64,000 bases of DNA, taken from the NCBI GenBank assembly GCA_977020255.1, contig CDROCS010001143.1, positions 186,001 through 250,000 on the forward strand. Reading direction: 5' to 3'. The notes under the pieces are model-generated. The model saw nothing but the letters and a program-made list of their open reading frames with translations, was not told where the DNA came from and ran no database searches. A program made the translations under genes and the position numbers. This stretch comes from Obrimoposthia wandeli (lineage: Eukaryota). Numbering within the stretch: position 1 is the first letter of the stretch; each line of letters opens with the position of its first letter. This document shows, one piece after another, positions 10,738-21,757 of this stretch.

Positions 10738-11864
10738 AAATCAAAATCATCGAAATCACCCTCTTCTAGCGTGTTATCAATTTGCCCCACTAAATAGGAG
10801 CTTATTTCAGATTCTTGCGGGGCAACTTGGACATTATCACTACTTAACCAAGCATTCATCCACGGTAAAGGGTTTTGTCGTGATGGGAATATCTCATCAA
10901 AACCAACCGCTTTTAAGCGCACATTGGTAATATACTCAACATACTGACTCAATATTTGTGCATTTAAACCAATCATAGAACCTTCACGAAATAAATACAC
11001 AGCCCACTCTTTTTCTTGCTCAGCAGCTTCTGCAAATAATTCTATCGCTTCTTTTTCACACGCTTTAGCAACTTCTTTAAACTCAGCACCATCTACACCT
11101 GAAGCAAGCAGGTTTAATATATTTTGCGTACCCGTTAAATGCAGCGCCTCATCTCGTGCAATCAGTTTAATTATTTTAGCGTTACCTTCCATAATTGCTC
11201 GCTCTGCAAAGGCGAAAGAGCAAGCAAAGCTGACATAAAAACGAATAGCTTCCAGTACATTCACCGACACCATTGTTAAGTACACTTTGCATTTCATATT
11301 CCACAAAGTGCAATCGTATTTATTGCCATTTATATGATGTATGCCGTAACCATGCACATTTTGCACACTGATTAAATTAATCAACTCATCGTATAGCTTA
11401 GTGACTGACTCTGCTCTTTTAACAATTTCGGGGTTAGTGACTATTTCATCAAAAATAACTGAAGGATCTGTCACTATATTACGGATAATATGCGTATATG
11501 AGCGCGAGTGAACCGTTTCACTAAAGGCCCACGTTTCTAGCCAAGTCTCTAATTCTGGAATCGACACGATCGGTAAAAAAGCGACATTTGGAGAACGCCC
11601 TTGCACCGAATCTAATAAGGTTTGGTATTTTAGATTACTTAAGAATATGTGCTTTTCATGCTCAGGCATATCAATAAAATCTTTACGATCGGCTGATAAA
11701 TCCACTTCTTCTGGACGCCAAAAGAAAGAAAGCTGTTTTTCAATCAGCTTTTCAAATATCGGGTATTTTTGTCGATCGTAGCGTGCAACGTTAACGTTTT
11801 CGCCAAAAAACATCGGCTCTTTAGTGGAATCAAAGTTTTTTGCATTAAAAGTGGTATAAGACAT
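10734..11864 (-). CDS. nrdB: Class Ia ribonucleotide reductase beta subunit
   Basis: [34 protein letters not shown] and DEALH motifs. Confidence 0.98.
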   Translation of the reverse strand: MSYTTFNAKNFDSTKEPMFFGENVNVARYDRQKYPIFEKLIEKQLSFFWRPEEVDLSADRKDFIDMPEHEKHIFLSNLKYQTLLDSVQGRSPNVAFLPIVSIPELETWLETWAFSETVHSRSYTHIIRNIVTDPSVIFDEIVTNPEIVKRAESVTKLYDELINLISVQNVHGYGIHHINGNKYDCTLWNMKCKVYLTMVSVNVLEAIRFYVSFACSFAFAERAIMEGNAKIIKLIARDEALHLTGTQNILNLLASGVDGAEFKEVAKACEKEAIELFAEAAEQEKEWAVYLFREGSMIGLNAQILSQYVEYITNVRLKAVGFDEIFPSRQNPLPWMNAWLSSDNVQVAPQESEISSYLVGQIDNTLEEGDFDDFDF

Positions 11865-11895
11865 GAATCATGGCCAAAAATTAAAATAAAATAGG

Positions 11896-11926
11896 AGCGA
11901 TTAACATGATCAATCAGTTAATCGCT
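11896..11926 (-). terminator. Hairpin between nrdA and nrdB (possible terminator or processing stem)
   Basis: AGCGATTAAC...GTTAATCGCT 10-bp inverted repeat followed by T-rich sequence on the minus strand. Confidence 0.4.
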
Positions 11927-11997
11927 ATTAAAAAACACATCGAAAAGGTAAATTGAAGCGCTCAAACTTAATTTAACGCCCCTTTCATCACTCACTC

Positions 11998-14262
11998 TTA
12001 CAGCTTACAAGCACCACTAGCACAGTCTTCTTCTGAGTGATTTTCAGCAGCACCATCACGCGTGTTGTGGTAATAAAGCGTTTTAACACCGTACTTATAA
12101 GCCGTTAATAAATCTTTTAATAACTGCTTCATCGGTACTTTTTCTGCGGCAAACTTAGTAGGATCATAATTAGTATTTGCAGAAATAGACTGATCGACAA
12201 ACTTTTGCATAATACCCACTAACTGTAAGTAGCCATCATTATTTGGGATATCCCACAGAAGTTCGTATTTATCTTTGAGCTTTAAATACTCAGGCACTAC
12301 TTGCTTTAGAATGCCGTCCTTACTCGCTTTCACAGATACAAACCCACGAGGAGGCTCTATGCCATTGGTTGAGTTTGTCACTTGCGAAGAAGTCTCACAA
12401 GGCATCAGTGCCATTAAGGTGCTATTACGCAAGCCATCACGAATAATATCAGCACGCAAGGCCTCCCAATCGTAGTGTAGCGGCTCCAAACAATAGGCAT
12501 CAATATCCTTTTTATAGGTATCAATTGGCAAAATACCTTTTGCATAAGTTGTTTCATTAAACTTAAGACAAGGACCTGACTCTACCGACAACTGGTTGGA
12601 AGCTTTTAATAAGTTATATTGAATGGCTTCAAACGTGCGATGCACTAAACCGTTAGCGGACCCATCTGAATATTTAACGCCATTTTTCGCTAAATAGTAA
12701 GCTAAGTTAGTAACGCCTACCCCTAAAGTTCGACGATAATCAGTTGCCAATTTTGCCGCTATAATTGGATAGTTCTGATAATCCAACAAACTATCTAGCG
12801 CTCGAACGATTAATTCAGACAGCTCTGTAAGCTCATCTAAGCTTTCTAAAGCACCTAAATTAAATGCCGATAAAGTACAAAGTGCAATTTCTCCTTCTTC
12901 ATCGTGAATATGGCTTAATGGCTTGGTTGGCAAAGCTATTTCTAAGCAAAGATTAGATTGTTTAATAGGAGCTACTTGGGGATCAAAAGGGCTATGCGTA
13001 TTACAGTGATCAACATTTTGAATATAAATGCGCCCTGTGGAAGCGCGTTCAGAAGCCAAAACACCAAATAGTTCAGAGGCTTTTATGCTCGTTTTACGAA
13101 TTGAATCATCTTGTTCATACTTTACATATAAGCGCTCGAACTCATCTTGATCAGCAAAAAAGGCATCGTATAACCCAGGTACTTCATGCGGACTGAATAA
13201 AGTAATATTGCCACCTTTAACTAAGCGCTGATACATCAATTTATTCAACTGCACGCCATAATCTAAATGCCGTACACGGTTTTCTTCGACACCTCGATTA
13301 TTTTTCAACACTAACAGTGATTCTACTTCTAAGTGCCAAAGAGGATAGAACAATGTAGCTGCGCCACCACGTACTCCGCCTTGTGAACAAGATTTAACAG
13401 CGGTTTGAAAATGCTTATAGAACGGTATACACCCTGTATGAAATGCCTCACCACCGCGTATTGGGCTTCCCAACGCACGAATACGTCCAGCGTTAATACC
13501 GATACCCGCTCTTTGTGAAACATATTTCACTATTGCCGATGCTGTTGAGTTTATAGAATCTAAACTATCCCCCGTTTCAATTAAAACACAGGAACTGAAT
13601 TGGCGTGTTGGTGTGCGTACACCTGCCATAATAGGGGTTGGCAATGATAATTTGAATAGTGAAGTTGCATCATAAAAACGTTTCACATAATCTAAACGAG
13701 TGTCTTTTGGATAATTAGCGAATAAACACGCTGCCACTAAAATGTATAAAATTTGTGGGCTTTCGTAGATATCACCCGTCACTCTGTTTTGAACTAAGTA
13801 TTTACCTTCCAATTGCTTTACAGCTGCATAAGAGAAGTTCATATCTCGAGAATGATCAAGATAACCTTCTAGTTTGGCTATTTCTTGCTCAGTATAATCT
13901 TCCAATAGATGTTTATCATAGCGGCCCGTTTCAACCATATTTTGGATATGCTTAAAAAGTTTAGGCGGCTCAAATTGACCAAACGCACGCTTTCTCAGAT
14001 GAAATATAGCTAAACGAGCCGATAGATACTGATAATCAGGTGTTTCTTCTGAAATCAAATCCGCAGCAGATTTGATCAGTGTTTCATGAATATCAGCCGT
14101 TTTCATGCCGTCAAAAAACTGTATGTGTGCCTTTAACTCAACCTCTGAGGGAGAAACATGATCTAGGCCTTTCGCAGCCCAAATAACTACCCTGTGAATT
14201 TTTTCAAGATCTAACTTCTCTTGTCGACCATCCCTTTTGGTAACCATCAAATCTTGCTGCAT
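11998..14262 (-). CDS. nrdA: Class Ia ribonucleotide reductase alpha subunit
   Basis: ATP-cone VTKRDG, QFSSC, QSNLCLEI and KTLYYHNTRDG. Start moved to the ATG of MQQDLMVTKRDG. Confidence 0.98.
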   Translation of the reverse strand: MQQDLMVTKRDGRQEKLDLEKIHRVVIWAAKGLDHVSPSEVELKAHIQFFDGMKTADIHETLIKSAADLISEETPDYQYLSARLAIFHLRKRAFGQFEPPKLFKHIQNMVETGRYDKHLLEDYTEQEIAKLEGYLDHSRDMNFSYAAVKQLEGKYLVQNRVTGDIYESPQILYILVAACLFANYPKDTRLDYVKRFYDATSLFKLSLPTPIMAGVRTPTRQFSSCVLIETGDSLDSINSTASAIVKYVSQRAGIGINAGRIRALGSPIRGGEAFHTGCIPFYKHFQTAVKSCSQGGVRGGAATLFYPLWHLEVESLLVLKNNRGVEENRVRHLDYGVQLNKLMYQRLVKGGNITLFSPHEVPGLYDAFFADQDEFERLYVKYEQDDSIRKTSIKASELFGVLASERASTGRIYIQNVDHCNTHSPFDPQVAPIKQSNLCLEIALPTKPLSHIHDEEGEIALCTLSAFNLGALESLDELTELSELIVRALDSLLDYQNYPIIAAKLATDYRRTLGVGVTNLAYYLAKNGVKYSDGSANGLVHRTFEAIQYNLLKASNQLSVESGPCLKFNETTYAKGILPIDTYKKDIDAYCLEPLHYDWEALRADIIRDGLRNSTLMALMPCETSSQVTNSTNGIEPPRGFVSVKASKDGILKQVVPEYLKLKDKYELLWDIPNNDGYLQLVGIMQKFVDQSISANTNYDPTKFAAEKVPMKQLLKDLLTAYKYGVKTLYYHNTRDGAAENHSEEDCASGACKL

Positions 14263-14546
14263 GTAACCTTCTTCCCCGTCGTTAATTACTGATAAAGATC
14301 TAAACGTAACGATTGTGCTCAATAATAGGGCATTAAAAATTGACTCAAATAAGCATTTTCAGCAGAAAATTGCGCAATTTTGTCGATTACTACCTTTTCT
14401 TGTCATCGCTCGGTACGTTATTCAGAGATCTCTAATACTGTTTACACTTGATTAATTAAATGATTATAGCGCTACTTTAATACTTTTTAATCATTCTCTT
14501 TTTACTACTTTCCTATTGACCCAAAACTTAAGCAATTTTCAACGCT

Positions 14547-14594
14547 ATACAATATATAGTCAGTCTTATAGAAAGCAGGCACTAAATATAGAGA
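14547..14594. promoter_or_regulatory. Tandem NrdR boxes
   Basis: ATACAATATATAGTCA (14547) and GCACTAAATATAGAGA (14579) match acaCwAtATaTwGtgt, 32 bp apart, upstream of nrdA. Confidence 0.8.
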
Positions 14595-14790
14595 TTTCAG
14601 CATAAATTTCAACTCTTGACATTCTCCAAAACCAAGCCTTTTATAACCGAATATCGGCTCAGTCCAGAGCTGGTGCGGGCAACAAGATTTTTTTTATTTT
14701 TGATTTTTATTTTTGATTTTTTTCATTTTAACTATTGCTATTTACAGTTTGCATTTTCGAAATTAATTACAAAATAAATATAAAAAACTA

Positions 14791-14828
14791 TTTACAATCG
14801 CTTTAAGGATAACTATTATACGCGCCCT
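14791..14828 (+). promoter_or_regulatory. Stable-RNA-type sigma70 promoter of tRNA-Tyr
   Basis: TTTACA-N17-TATTAT, then GC-rich discriminator ACGCGCCC, with an A-rich UP-like tract upstream. Confidence 0.7.
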
Positions 14829-14914
14829 CAACTGCTGTAACTTGCTTAATCTAATAAGCTGTTATGCACTAGAGAATTGGCTTTAGAACTTTGATTAAAA
14901 GGTTCTAGAAAGAA

Positions 14915-14998
14915 GGTGGGGTTCCCGAGTGGCCAAAGGGATCAGACTGTAAATCTGACGCGAAAGCTTCGGTGGTTCGAATCCACCCCCCACCACCA
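14915..14998 (+). tRNA. tRNA-Tyr (GTA)
   Basis: GGTGGGG/CCCCACC acceptor stem, TCAGA-CTGTAAA-TCTGA anticodon arm, long variable arm, GGTGG-TTCGAAT-CCACC T-arm, encoded CCA. Confidence 0.97.
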
Positions 14999-15079
14999 TT
15001 TCTTTATTACCCTGCTTTGAAATCAAAAGTTAACATTAAGATAATCATCTGTTAGCTAATACTTTCTAGGAAGCTCTAC

Positions 15080-15280
15080 ATGCGCTTAGCCGAAATTGAA
15101 TCCATATTGCTTAATGTCGGAGTTCTGGGTTTAGCCTGTTTTGTTTTCTTTATTATCTACGATCTTGCTAAAAAATCTAAAGCGGGAAAATTCGGTACTA
15201 TCATTTTATTTACCGGGCTTGGTTTAGGCTTAGGGGCATTTTTAGTGAAGACTATTGTTGTCGCCCTTATGGAAAAATAA
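15080..15280 (+). CDS. Small membrane protein, DUF2788-like
   Basis: FFIIYDLAKKSKAGKFGT motif; two hydrophobic segments; 66 aa. Confidence 0.8.
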   Translation: MRLAEIESILLNVGVLGLACFVFFIIYDLAKKSKAGKFGTIILFTGLGLGLGAFLVKTIVVALMEK

Positions 15281-15323
15281 TTACTACTTTCTTTCCCATA
15301 AAAGCTTGCTGGTAACATTCTTG

Positions 15324-15821
15324 CTATTTATTTTTATTTAAAACTTCTTCTGTAACATGTGTTAGATTTTTCTCCTTTATATCCCAATCGTATGCTTTAC
15401 CAAATCCAACCACGTACCGACCCTGTTCAGGTCTTAACTCAAGCATTTTAAAATCCGCCAAACCGCGCAATAAATTAATCGTCTTCCCATGCGACAACTG
15501 CATCTTCGTAAAAAGCTTTTCCTTTAGCGTTTTTTCAACCACCAAGTGCACACTCACTTGGATTACAGCTCGCTGCCTTGCATACAAATTTTTGGCACTC
15601 TCTTCACTTTCTATAAACATGACACTCGCTACAGGCTGTTTTGTCATGTTCTGTGTGTGTTGTGCAAGCTCGCTAACAAAAATATAAAAACTCCCCTGTT
15701 CTTCAACATAAGGTGCAAAACTGGCCAGTGGCTGAGCATGCTCATTCACTGTCGAAAGCAACAAACAATTAAAACTTTGCTGCAGTTTTTCACAACTTTC
15801 CAATAAATCCTGAGTATTCAC
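15324..15821 (-). CDS. HugZ/HutZ-like split-barrel (PNPOx-family) protein
   Basis: ASFAPYV, YIFVSELAQHTQN, LYARQR and GRYVVGFGKAY motifs. Confidence 0.8.
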   Translation of the reverse strand: MNTQDLLESCEKLQQSFNCLLLSTVNEHAQPLASFAPYVEEQGSFYIFVSELAQHTQNMTKQPVASVMFIESEESAKNLYARQRAVIQVSVHLVVEKTLKEKLFTKMQLSHGKTINLLRGLADFKMLELRPEQGRYVVGFGKAYDWDIKEKNLTHVTEEVLNKNK

Positions 15822-16091
15822 AATTATTCCTTAATAATATTTAAAGCAAACATTTTGAGTCAGTTTAAGCGCCAGCTTACACCTAAACAGCTTTTACAAA
15901 AAACAAAAGCCATTAAATACAAAGGCTTTATGCTATGAAGTTTCTATCGTACACACCTTCCTTTAAGCTGATTCTCGACTGTACTATCCAATGGACTAAA
16001 TAGTTAATTTCATTGAAACTATTCACTCGTTTAGTGAAATACTAAGCTAGCTGTAATACTATGTTAACTAATTAATTTTTTATTGATATAA

Positions 16092-16958
<867 letters not shown>

Positions 16959-17103
16959 TGGGATATTAGCACGAAACACTGATAATTAAGCTTACCTTAA
17001 GTAATTTCGTGTTTTTATTCACCTTACTATTAAATAACAGTAGTTAGCGGCAAATAAATCACTCGCCGCTAACTCTCAGCTATAACCCCGAAACCAGCTA
17101 GAT

Positions 17104-19074
17104 GTGAAATTTATGCCCCAATCAAGAGAAGAAGTCTATCTCGATTTAGCCCACGGCCAACTAGTGGGTCCTGATCACCATAAGTTTCAGTTACGTGATT
17201 CAGCAATTGATTGCCCACTGGGCCAGCTGTGGGCAGCTGATGATGTGAGTACTAAAAATCCAATTCCTGTCAGCTTGATAATGCTAGATCCTTTTTTCTT
17301 GCATAACAAAAACTTCCTCACTAATTTTAAAAAGCAGATCGTTCGCTCTAAAGCCATAAACCAACCTCACGTCGCCGATATATATGGATACTTTATTCAC
17401 AAGGGTGGGCTGCTTTTTTTTGCTTTTGAAACAGTTGATGGACTCAATCTAGAACAGCTAATTAATAACACTAGTAATGGCTTAACACTCAAACAAACTC
17501 AAGGGCTTCTGAGCCAACTTACCAGTGCTATTAGTAGCTGCACTCGCCAGTGGCACACGGCACTTGGTGGGATCGAAAGTCAATTCGTCTTCGTAAACAA
17601 AAAAGGAGGCGTTAAATTTCTACCCATTTCCATGCGTGAGTTTTTCCACGAGGCGCAAGGGATGCCTAATAGTGTATATGCTTACAAATCATTCTGCTCA
17701 CCACAAGCATTGTCAAACAAAGCACTGCAAGGCGATGCAGATAGCTACTGTGTTGCCGCTGCAGCTTATAGTTTATTAGGTAATGATCACTTTTCAATGA
17801 CTGACACTGAGCAGCAACGCAAAGAGCTTGATTTACAGCGCCCTGCAAACATTTCGGATATTCAATGGACATGTCTACAAAAAGCGCTCAGCGCTGAAAG
17901 TGAGCAGCGTTTCGCGCAAACTTCTGAATTTATAAAACAGTTTTTTGCCTCAGAACCGGATGAGTCCGAAATAGACAGCACTGAAGAAAGCGATGATACT
18001 ATTCTAGAAACCACTAAAACTCCCTCTGCCATGGTCTTCAAATTAGGCCAAAAAACCTTTAACTTAAAAATCCCTCGCTTCACCTTGCCTGTATTGATTT
18101 TCTTTATTGGTACCGCCTTAGGCTTCATACTGGGCATCTTCTCTGCAGCCGATAAAATTGATAAAGCGCAACAAGCCCGTGAGCAATGGCGAGAAAAAGC
18201 AGAGGAACAAGAGCAGCAATTGCGCTCTATCAACGTACAGTTAGACAATGCACAATTAAAAGAGCAAGAACTAGCTCTAAAAAATAATGCTCTTTCACAA
18301 CAATTACAAGATCCAGGAAACACTGATGCACTGCCTTTAAGTGTATTTCGTGATCCACTGCCTCAAGGTCAATATGGCCCTGATATGATTATTATCGCCC
18401 CTGGAAGCTTTATGATGGGCGATGCTAGTGGGGATGGTAACGACAATGAAAGACCTCTTCATAAAGTCACTTTTGATTATAAGTTTGCCATTGCTAGATA
18501 TGAAGTTACTTTTGCTCAATATGATCTTTTTGCCACACAAACCGGCAGAAGACTCCCCGATGATGAGGGCTGGGGCCGTGCACAGCAGCCTGCTATTAAT
18601 GTTTCTTGGCGTGATGCTAGAGCATATACCCGCTGGTTAGCTAAAGAAACACAACTTCCCTATCGGCTTCCTAGCGAAGCTGAATGGGAATACACTGCAC
18701 GCGCAGGCTCTACTACCAATTATTGGTGGGGTGATAAAAGCTTACCAGGCTTCGTTCATTGCACCGATTGTGGAGACGCCTTAGGTGGTAAGCAGCCGTT
18801 GAAAGTTGGCTCAACAAAAGCAAATCCATGGGGATTGTATGATCTCAATGGAAATGTAGATGAATGGGTACTCGATTGTTACAGCGAAGACTATAAAGAA
18901 GCTAAAACGACAGGGGAAGCCCATCAAGTCGCTGGCTGTCAAAATCGTGCTATGCGAGGCGGATCTTGGTTTGATAACGCTCGAATAACTCGCTCTTCAA
19001 GCAGATACCGACACCCATCTGATAGCAAGCGTAACACTTGGGGCTTTAGGGTCGCTTTAGAAATAAGCCAGTAG
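17104..19074 (+). CDS. Pseudokinase - TM - coiled coil - FGE-sulfatase (SUMF1)-like domain protein
   Basis: N-terminal kinase-like fold with degenerate motifs; TM segment LPVLIFFIGTALGFILGIF; C-terminal FMMG, EVTFAQY, PAINVSWRDA, RLPSEAEWEY, NPWGLYDLNGNVDEW and RGGSW. Confidence 0.8.
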   Translation: MKFMPQSREEVYLDLAHGQLVGPDHHKFQLRDSAIDCPLGQLWAADDVSTKNPIPVSLIMLDPFFLHNKNFLTNFKKQIVRSKAINQPHVADIYGYFIHKGGLLFFAFETVDGLNLEQLINNTSNGLTLKQTQGLLSQLTSAISSCTRQWHTALGGIESQFVFVNKKGGVKFLPISMREFFHEAQGMPNSVYAYKSFCSPQALSNKALQGDADSYCVAAAAYSLLGNDHFSMTDTEQQRKELDLQRPANISDIQWTCLQKALSAESEQRFAQTSEFIKQFFASEPDESEIDSTEESDDTILETTKTPSAMVFKLGQKTFNLKIPRFTLPVLIFFIGTALGFILGIFSAADKIDKAQQAREQWREKAEEQEQQLRSINVQLDNAQLKEQELALKNNALSQQLQDPGNTDALPLSVFRDPLPQGQYGPDMIIIAPGSFMMGDASGDGNDNERPLHKVTFDYKFAIARYEVTFAQYDLFATQTGRRLPDDEGWGRAQQPAINVSWRDARAYTRWLAKETQLPYRLPSEAEWEYTARAGSTTNYWWGDKSLPGFVHCTDCGDALGGKQPLKVGSTKANPWGLYDLNGNVDEWVLDCYSEDYKEAKTTGEAHQVAGCQNRAMRGGSWFDNARITRSSSRYRHPSDSKRNTWGFRVALEISQ

Positions 19075-19260
19075 CATTTGTCTACTTTTAAATTACATAC
19101 AAAATGCGATAGATGACATACACAAAAGATTAATACCTTATAAATATTTAGACAAACGTACTATTTTGCTACTAATATAGCAATGGTGCCCTACCAGCCC
19201 TTACAATTTAGAATTATTTAAAGTGCACTCTTAATGCAACTTATTTTATTAAGGTTTCCT

Positions 19261-20667
19261 ATGAACAAAACATTGCCAATTCTCTGCGCTTTCTTCATTT
19301 CAAGTTCTCTCGCAGCAAAAACAATCACCTTAACCCAAGCAGAACAAACTAGTTTAGCCATTACGCTATACACAGATAACCTAGCACTAGTACAGGACAG
19401 CAGAATACTAGGCTCCATCAAAAAAGAAGATACCGTCGTTGTTAAAGGCATTAGCCAACAAATGCATCCGCAAAGTTTGCAAATTCAGCATGCTGGAAAG
19501 ATTACGGAACAAACACTCAACCGAGAAATAGTCACTTATCAAGGATTGATTAAAAACCATATTGGCAAACAAATTGTGCTAGTTAAAGAGCAAAAATCTG
19601 GAGATGAAATTAGGCAGCAAGTTAAATTACTTAATGTCAGTGGTAATACCGCCATCGTGGAGCTTAACGAATCTATTGAATCAATCCCCCTACAGAGTAA
19701 TACCTGGCGTATAGTTTTCCCAAACAAACCTGACAATATGTTGCTTAAGCCCAGTTTAACCTTTAAATCTGAAGGCAAGAATGAAACTAACAATATTCAA
19801 TTAAACTACTTAAGTAACGGCCTAGAATGGCGTATGGACTATGTTTTAGAACTAAACCAAGCAAGAACTGAAATGCAACTAAAAGCATTAGCTTCGCTTT
19901 TTAACAATACAAACACCCATTTTAACAACGCAGAGATTAAGTTACTGGCCGGTAATATTTCGCGTCCCAAAAATGAAAAAATGCGCTCATCATCAGCGCC
20001 GGTTGCTATGGCGATGATGGCTAAAGCAGGCGCAGATACTGGCAATAGAGCTCAAAATATGGGTGATTTGAAACTATACAAACTGCAACAAAAGGCAAGT
20101 TTAAAGCCACAACAACAAACTCAAATTCCATTACTGCAAGCCAGTAAAGTACCTGTTACTGCGGGTTATCGGTATCACTTTTACGTAAATCCTTATTTAG
20201 ATAACAACAAGATTAATACCCAGCCCCAGGCATTTTTATCTTTTACTAACAATAAAAAGAGTCAGTTAGGTATACCTTTACCTAGCGGAGAAGCCCGCGT
20301 GTTCAATCCGGATGCAAATGGTGATTTACAATTCATTGGCGCTAGTCGCTTACGCCAAAGCAGTGAAAACGAACTGATAGAACTAGTGACAGGACAAGCG
20401 TTTGATGTTTCTATAAAACAGCACCAAACAAATTATGAAAAAACCTTTAACGGCGCTTTAGTCGGTATCCAATTCATTCTAACCAATAGTTCAATGCAAA
20501 CCAAAACGCTAGATCTTTCAGGCAGTTTTAGCCACAGCTGGGAAATCATTAGCACAACTTTTCCCACTAGCGAGAGGCAATCAGCTAATGCAAAATGGAA
20601 AATAAAGATGCTGCCCAATAGCAGCTCGGTGTTTAATCTGAAAACTCGCCTAAAGATAAAACAATGA
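19261..20667 (+). CDS. Secreted DUF4139/DUF4140-like protein
   Basis: Signal peptide; TLYTDNLALVQD, YLSNGLEWRMDY, KLLAG and LGIPLPSG..RVF motifs. Confidence 0.75.
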   Translation: MNKTLPILCAFFISSSLAAKTITLTQAEQTSLAITLYTDNLALVQDSRILGSIKKEDTVVVKGISQQMHPQSLQIQHAGKITEQTLNREIVTYQGLIKNHIGKQIVLVKEQKSGDEIRQQVKLLNVSGNTAIVELNESIESIPLQSNTWRIVFPNKPDNMLLKPSLTFKSEGKNETNNIQLNYLSNGLEWRMDYVLELNQARTEMQLKALASLFNNTNTHFNNAEIKLLAGNISRPKNEKMRSSSAPVAMAMMAKAGADTGNRAQNMGDLKLYKLQQKASLKPQQQTQIPLLQASKVPVTAGYRYHFYVNPYLDNNKINTQPQAFLSFTNNKKSQLGIPLPSGEARVFNPDANGDLQFIGASRLRQSSENELIELVTGQAFDVSIKQHQTNYEKTFNGALVGIQFILTNSSMQTKTLDLSGSFSHSWEIISTTFPTSERQSANAKWKIKMLPNSSSVFNLKTRLKIKQ

Positions 20668-20761
20668 GATGGCGATTGTATTTAAAGCGACTAATAATAG
20701 CTTTTTCATCAGTATCTTAAAAACTATTAGCTGATCTTTGAGCTTTTAGACCCAGAGTTCC

Positions 20762-21661
20762 TTAATTTATAGCACTTTTAATTAACATAGGTGATAAAGG
20801 CTGGGGGGCTGTTTTACTGATTATCTCTGTTATAACCTGTTTTGCAGCAGATGATTGTGCTATCGCCGTAGAAAGCGAAACGAGCTCTATCTGCTGCCCT
20901 TTTAGCAACGGTAACTGCTGCTTTAAAAATTGTAAAGTTATATTATGTGGATGTGCTATCACCAATACCCTTCCGTATTGCTTAGCAATCGCTTTTGCTT
21001 TAGCAAACTGCTTTTGAATGGATGGTAACGATAATTCATGATCTAAAAACACATCGCGCTTTAAGCTATCTAACCCAGCTTTTTGAGCTTGCCTCCAAGC
21101 GACACTTTTACCGGTTGTTTTACTATCAACAAAAAATAAACCACGCTGCTTTACAACTTCCATTGTCCATTGCATTGGTAGATTTAAAGCGGTTAATTTA
21201 CTGCCCATATGGTTATTCACACCAATTAAATTCGGTAAGGCATCTATGTTTTTATGCAAAGTTTGCTTGAAATCTGCTTCAGACATATCAGAAGTCAACC
21301 CTCCTGCGCCTAAAGGATTGTTATTAATACTTTGCATTGGGGCATGTAACAACACATCTTTATTTCTCTTTTTTGCCTGTATAGCAAAACGTTTACTAAA
21401 ATGTGCGTAAGGCAGGAAAGCAAAACTGACGGCACCGGGTAAATCGAGAGCCGCTTGGTTCGATACTTGAGAATTACCCATGTCATCGATTAACAAAATT
21501 AATTGAGCTGGTTTTTTTGCTGATTCAGCTACTTGTGCAGTTAAATCCAAACCAAGTTCATTTGCTGAAACGATCGGTATTGCTGTAATTAAGATACTAG
21601 TAATCACCAATACATTCTTTTTTATAAATTTAATAACACTATTCCAATTTAAGTTACGCAT
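20762..21661 (-). CDS. yibQ: Divergent polysaccharide deacetylase (YibQ family)
   Basis: LLIDDMG, LLHAPMQ, GVNNHMGS, FVDSKT, RDVFLD and IAHP motifs. Confidence 0.9.
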   Translation of the reverse strand: MRNLNWNSVIKFIKKNVLVITSILITAIPIVSANELGLDLTAQVAESAKKPAQLILLIDDMGNSQVSNQAALDLPGAVSFAFLPYAHFSKRFAIQAKKRNKDVLLHAPMQSINNNPLGAGGLTSDMSEADFKQTLHKNIDALPNLIGVNNHMGSKLTALNLPMQWTMEVVKQRGLFFVDSKTTGKSVAWRQAQKAGLDSLKRDVFLDHELSLPSIQKQFAKAKAIAKQYGRVLVIAHPHNITLQFLKQQLPLLKGQQIELVSLSTAIAQSSAAKQVITEIISKTAPQPLSPMLIKSAIN

Positions 21662-21757
21662 ATTGAAGTATGTTAAACACCTTCATTAATATAATAGTAA
21701 AGCCCTTACGAGCTTCGTAACATGCCTATTTTTAGGAAGACCTGCTTTTAGAAACCA

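Noticed and set aside
14915-15080. tRNA-Tyr as an island attachment site
   Set aside because: No integrase follows and I saw no duplicated tRNA 3' end in the window.
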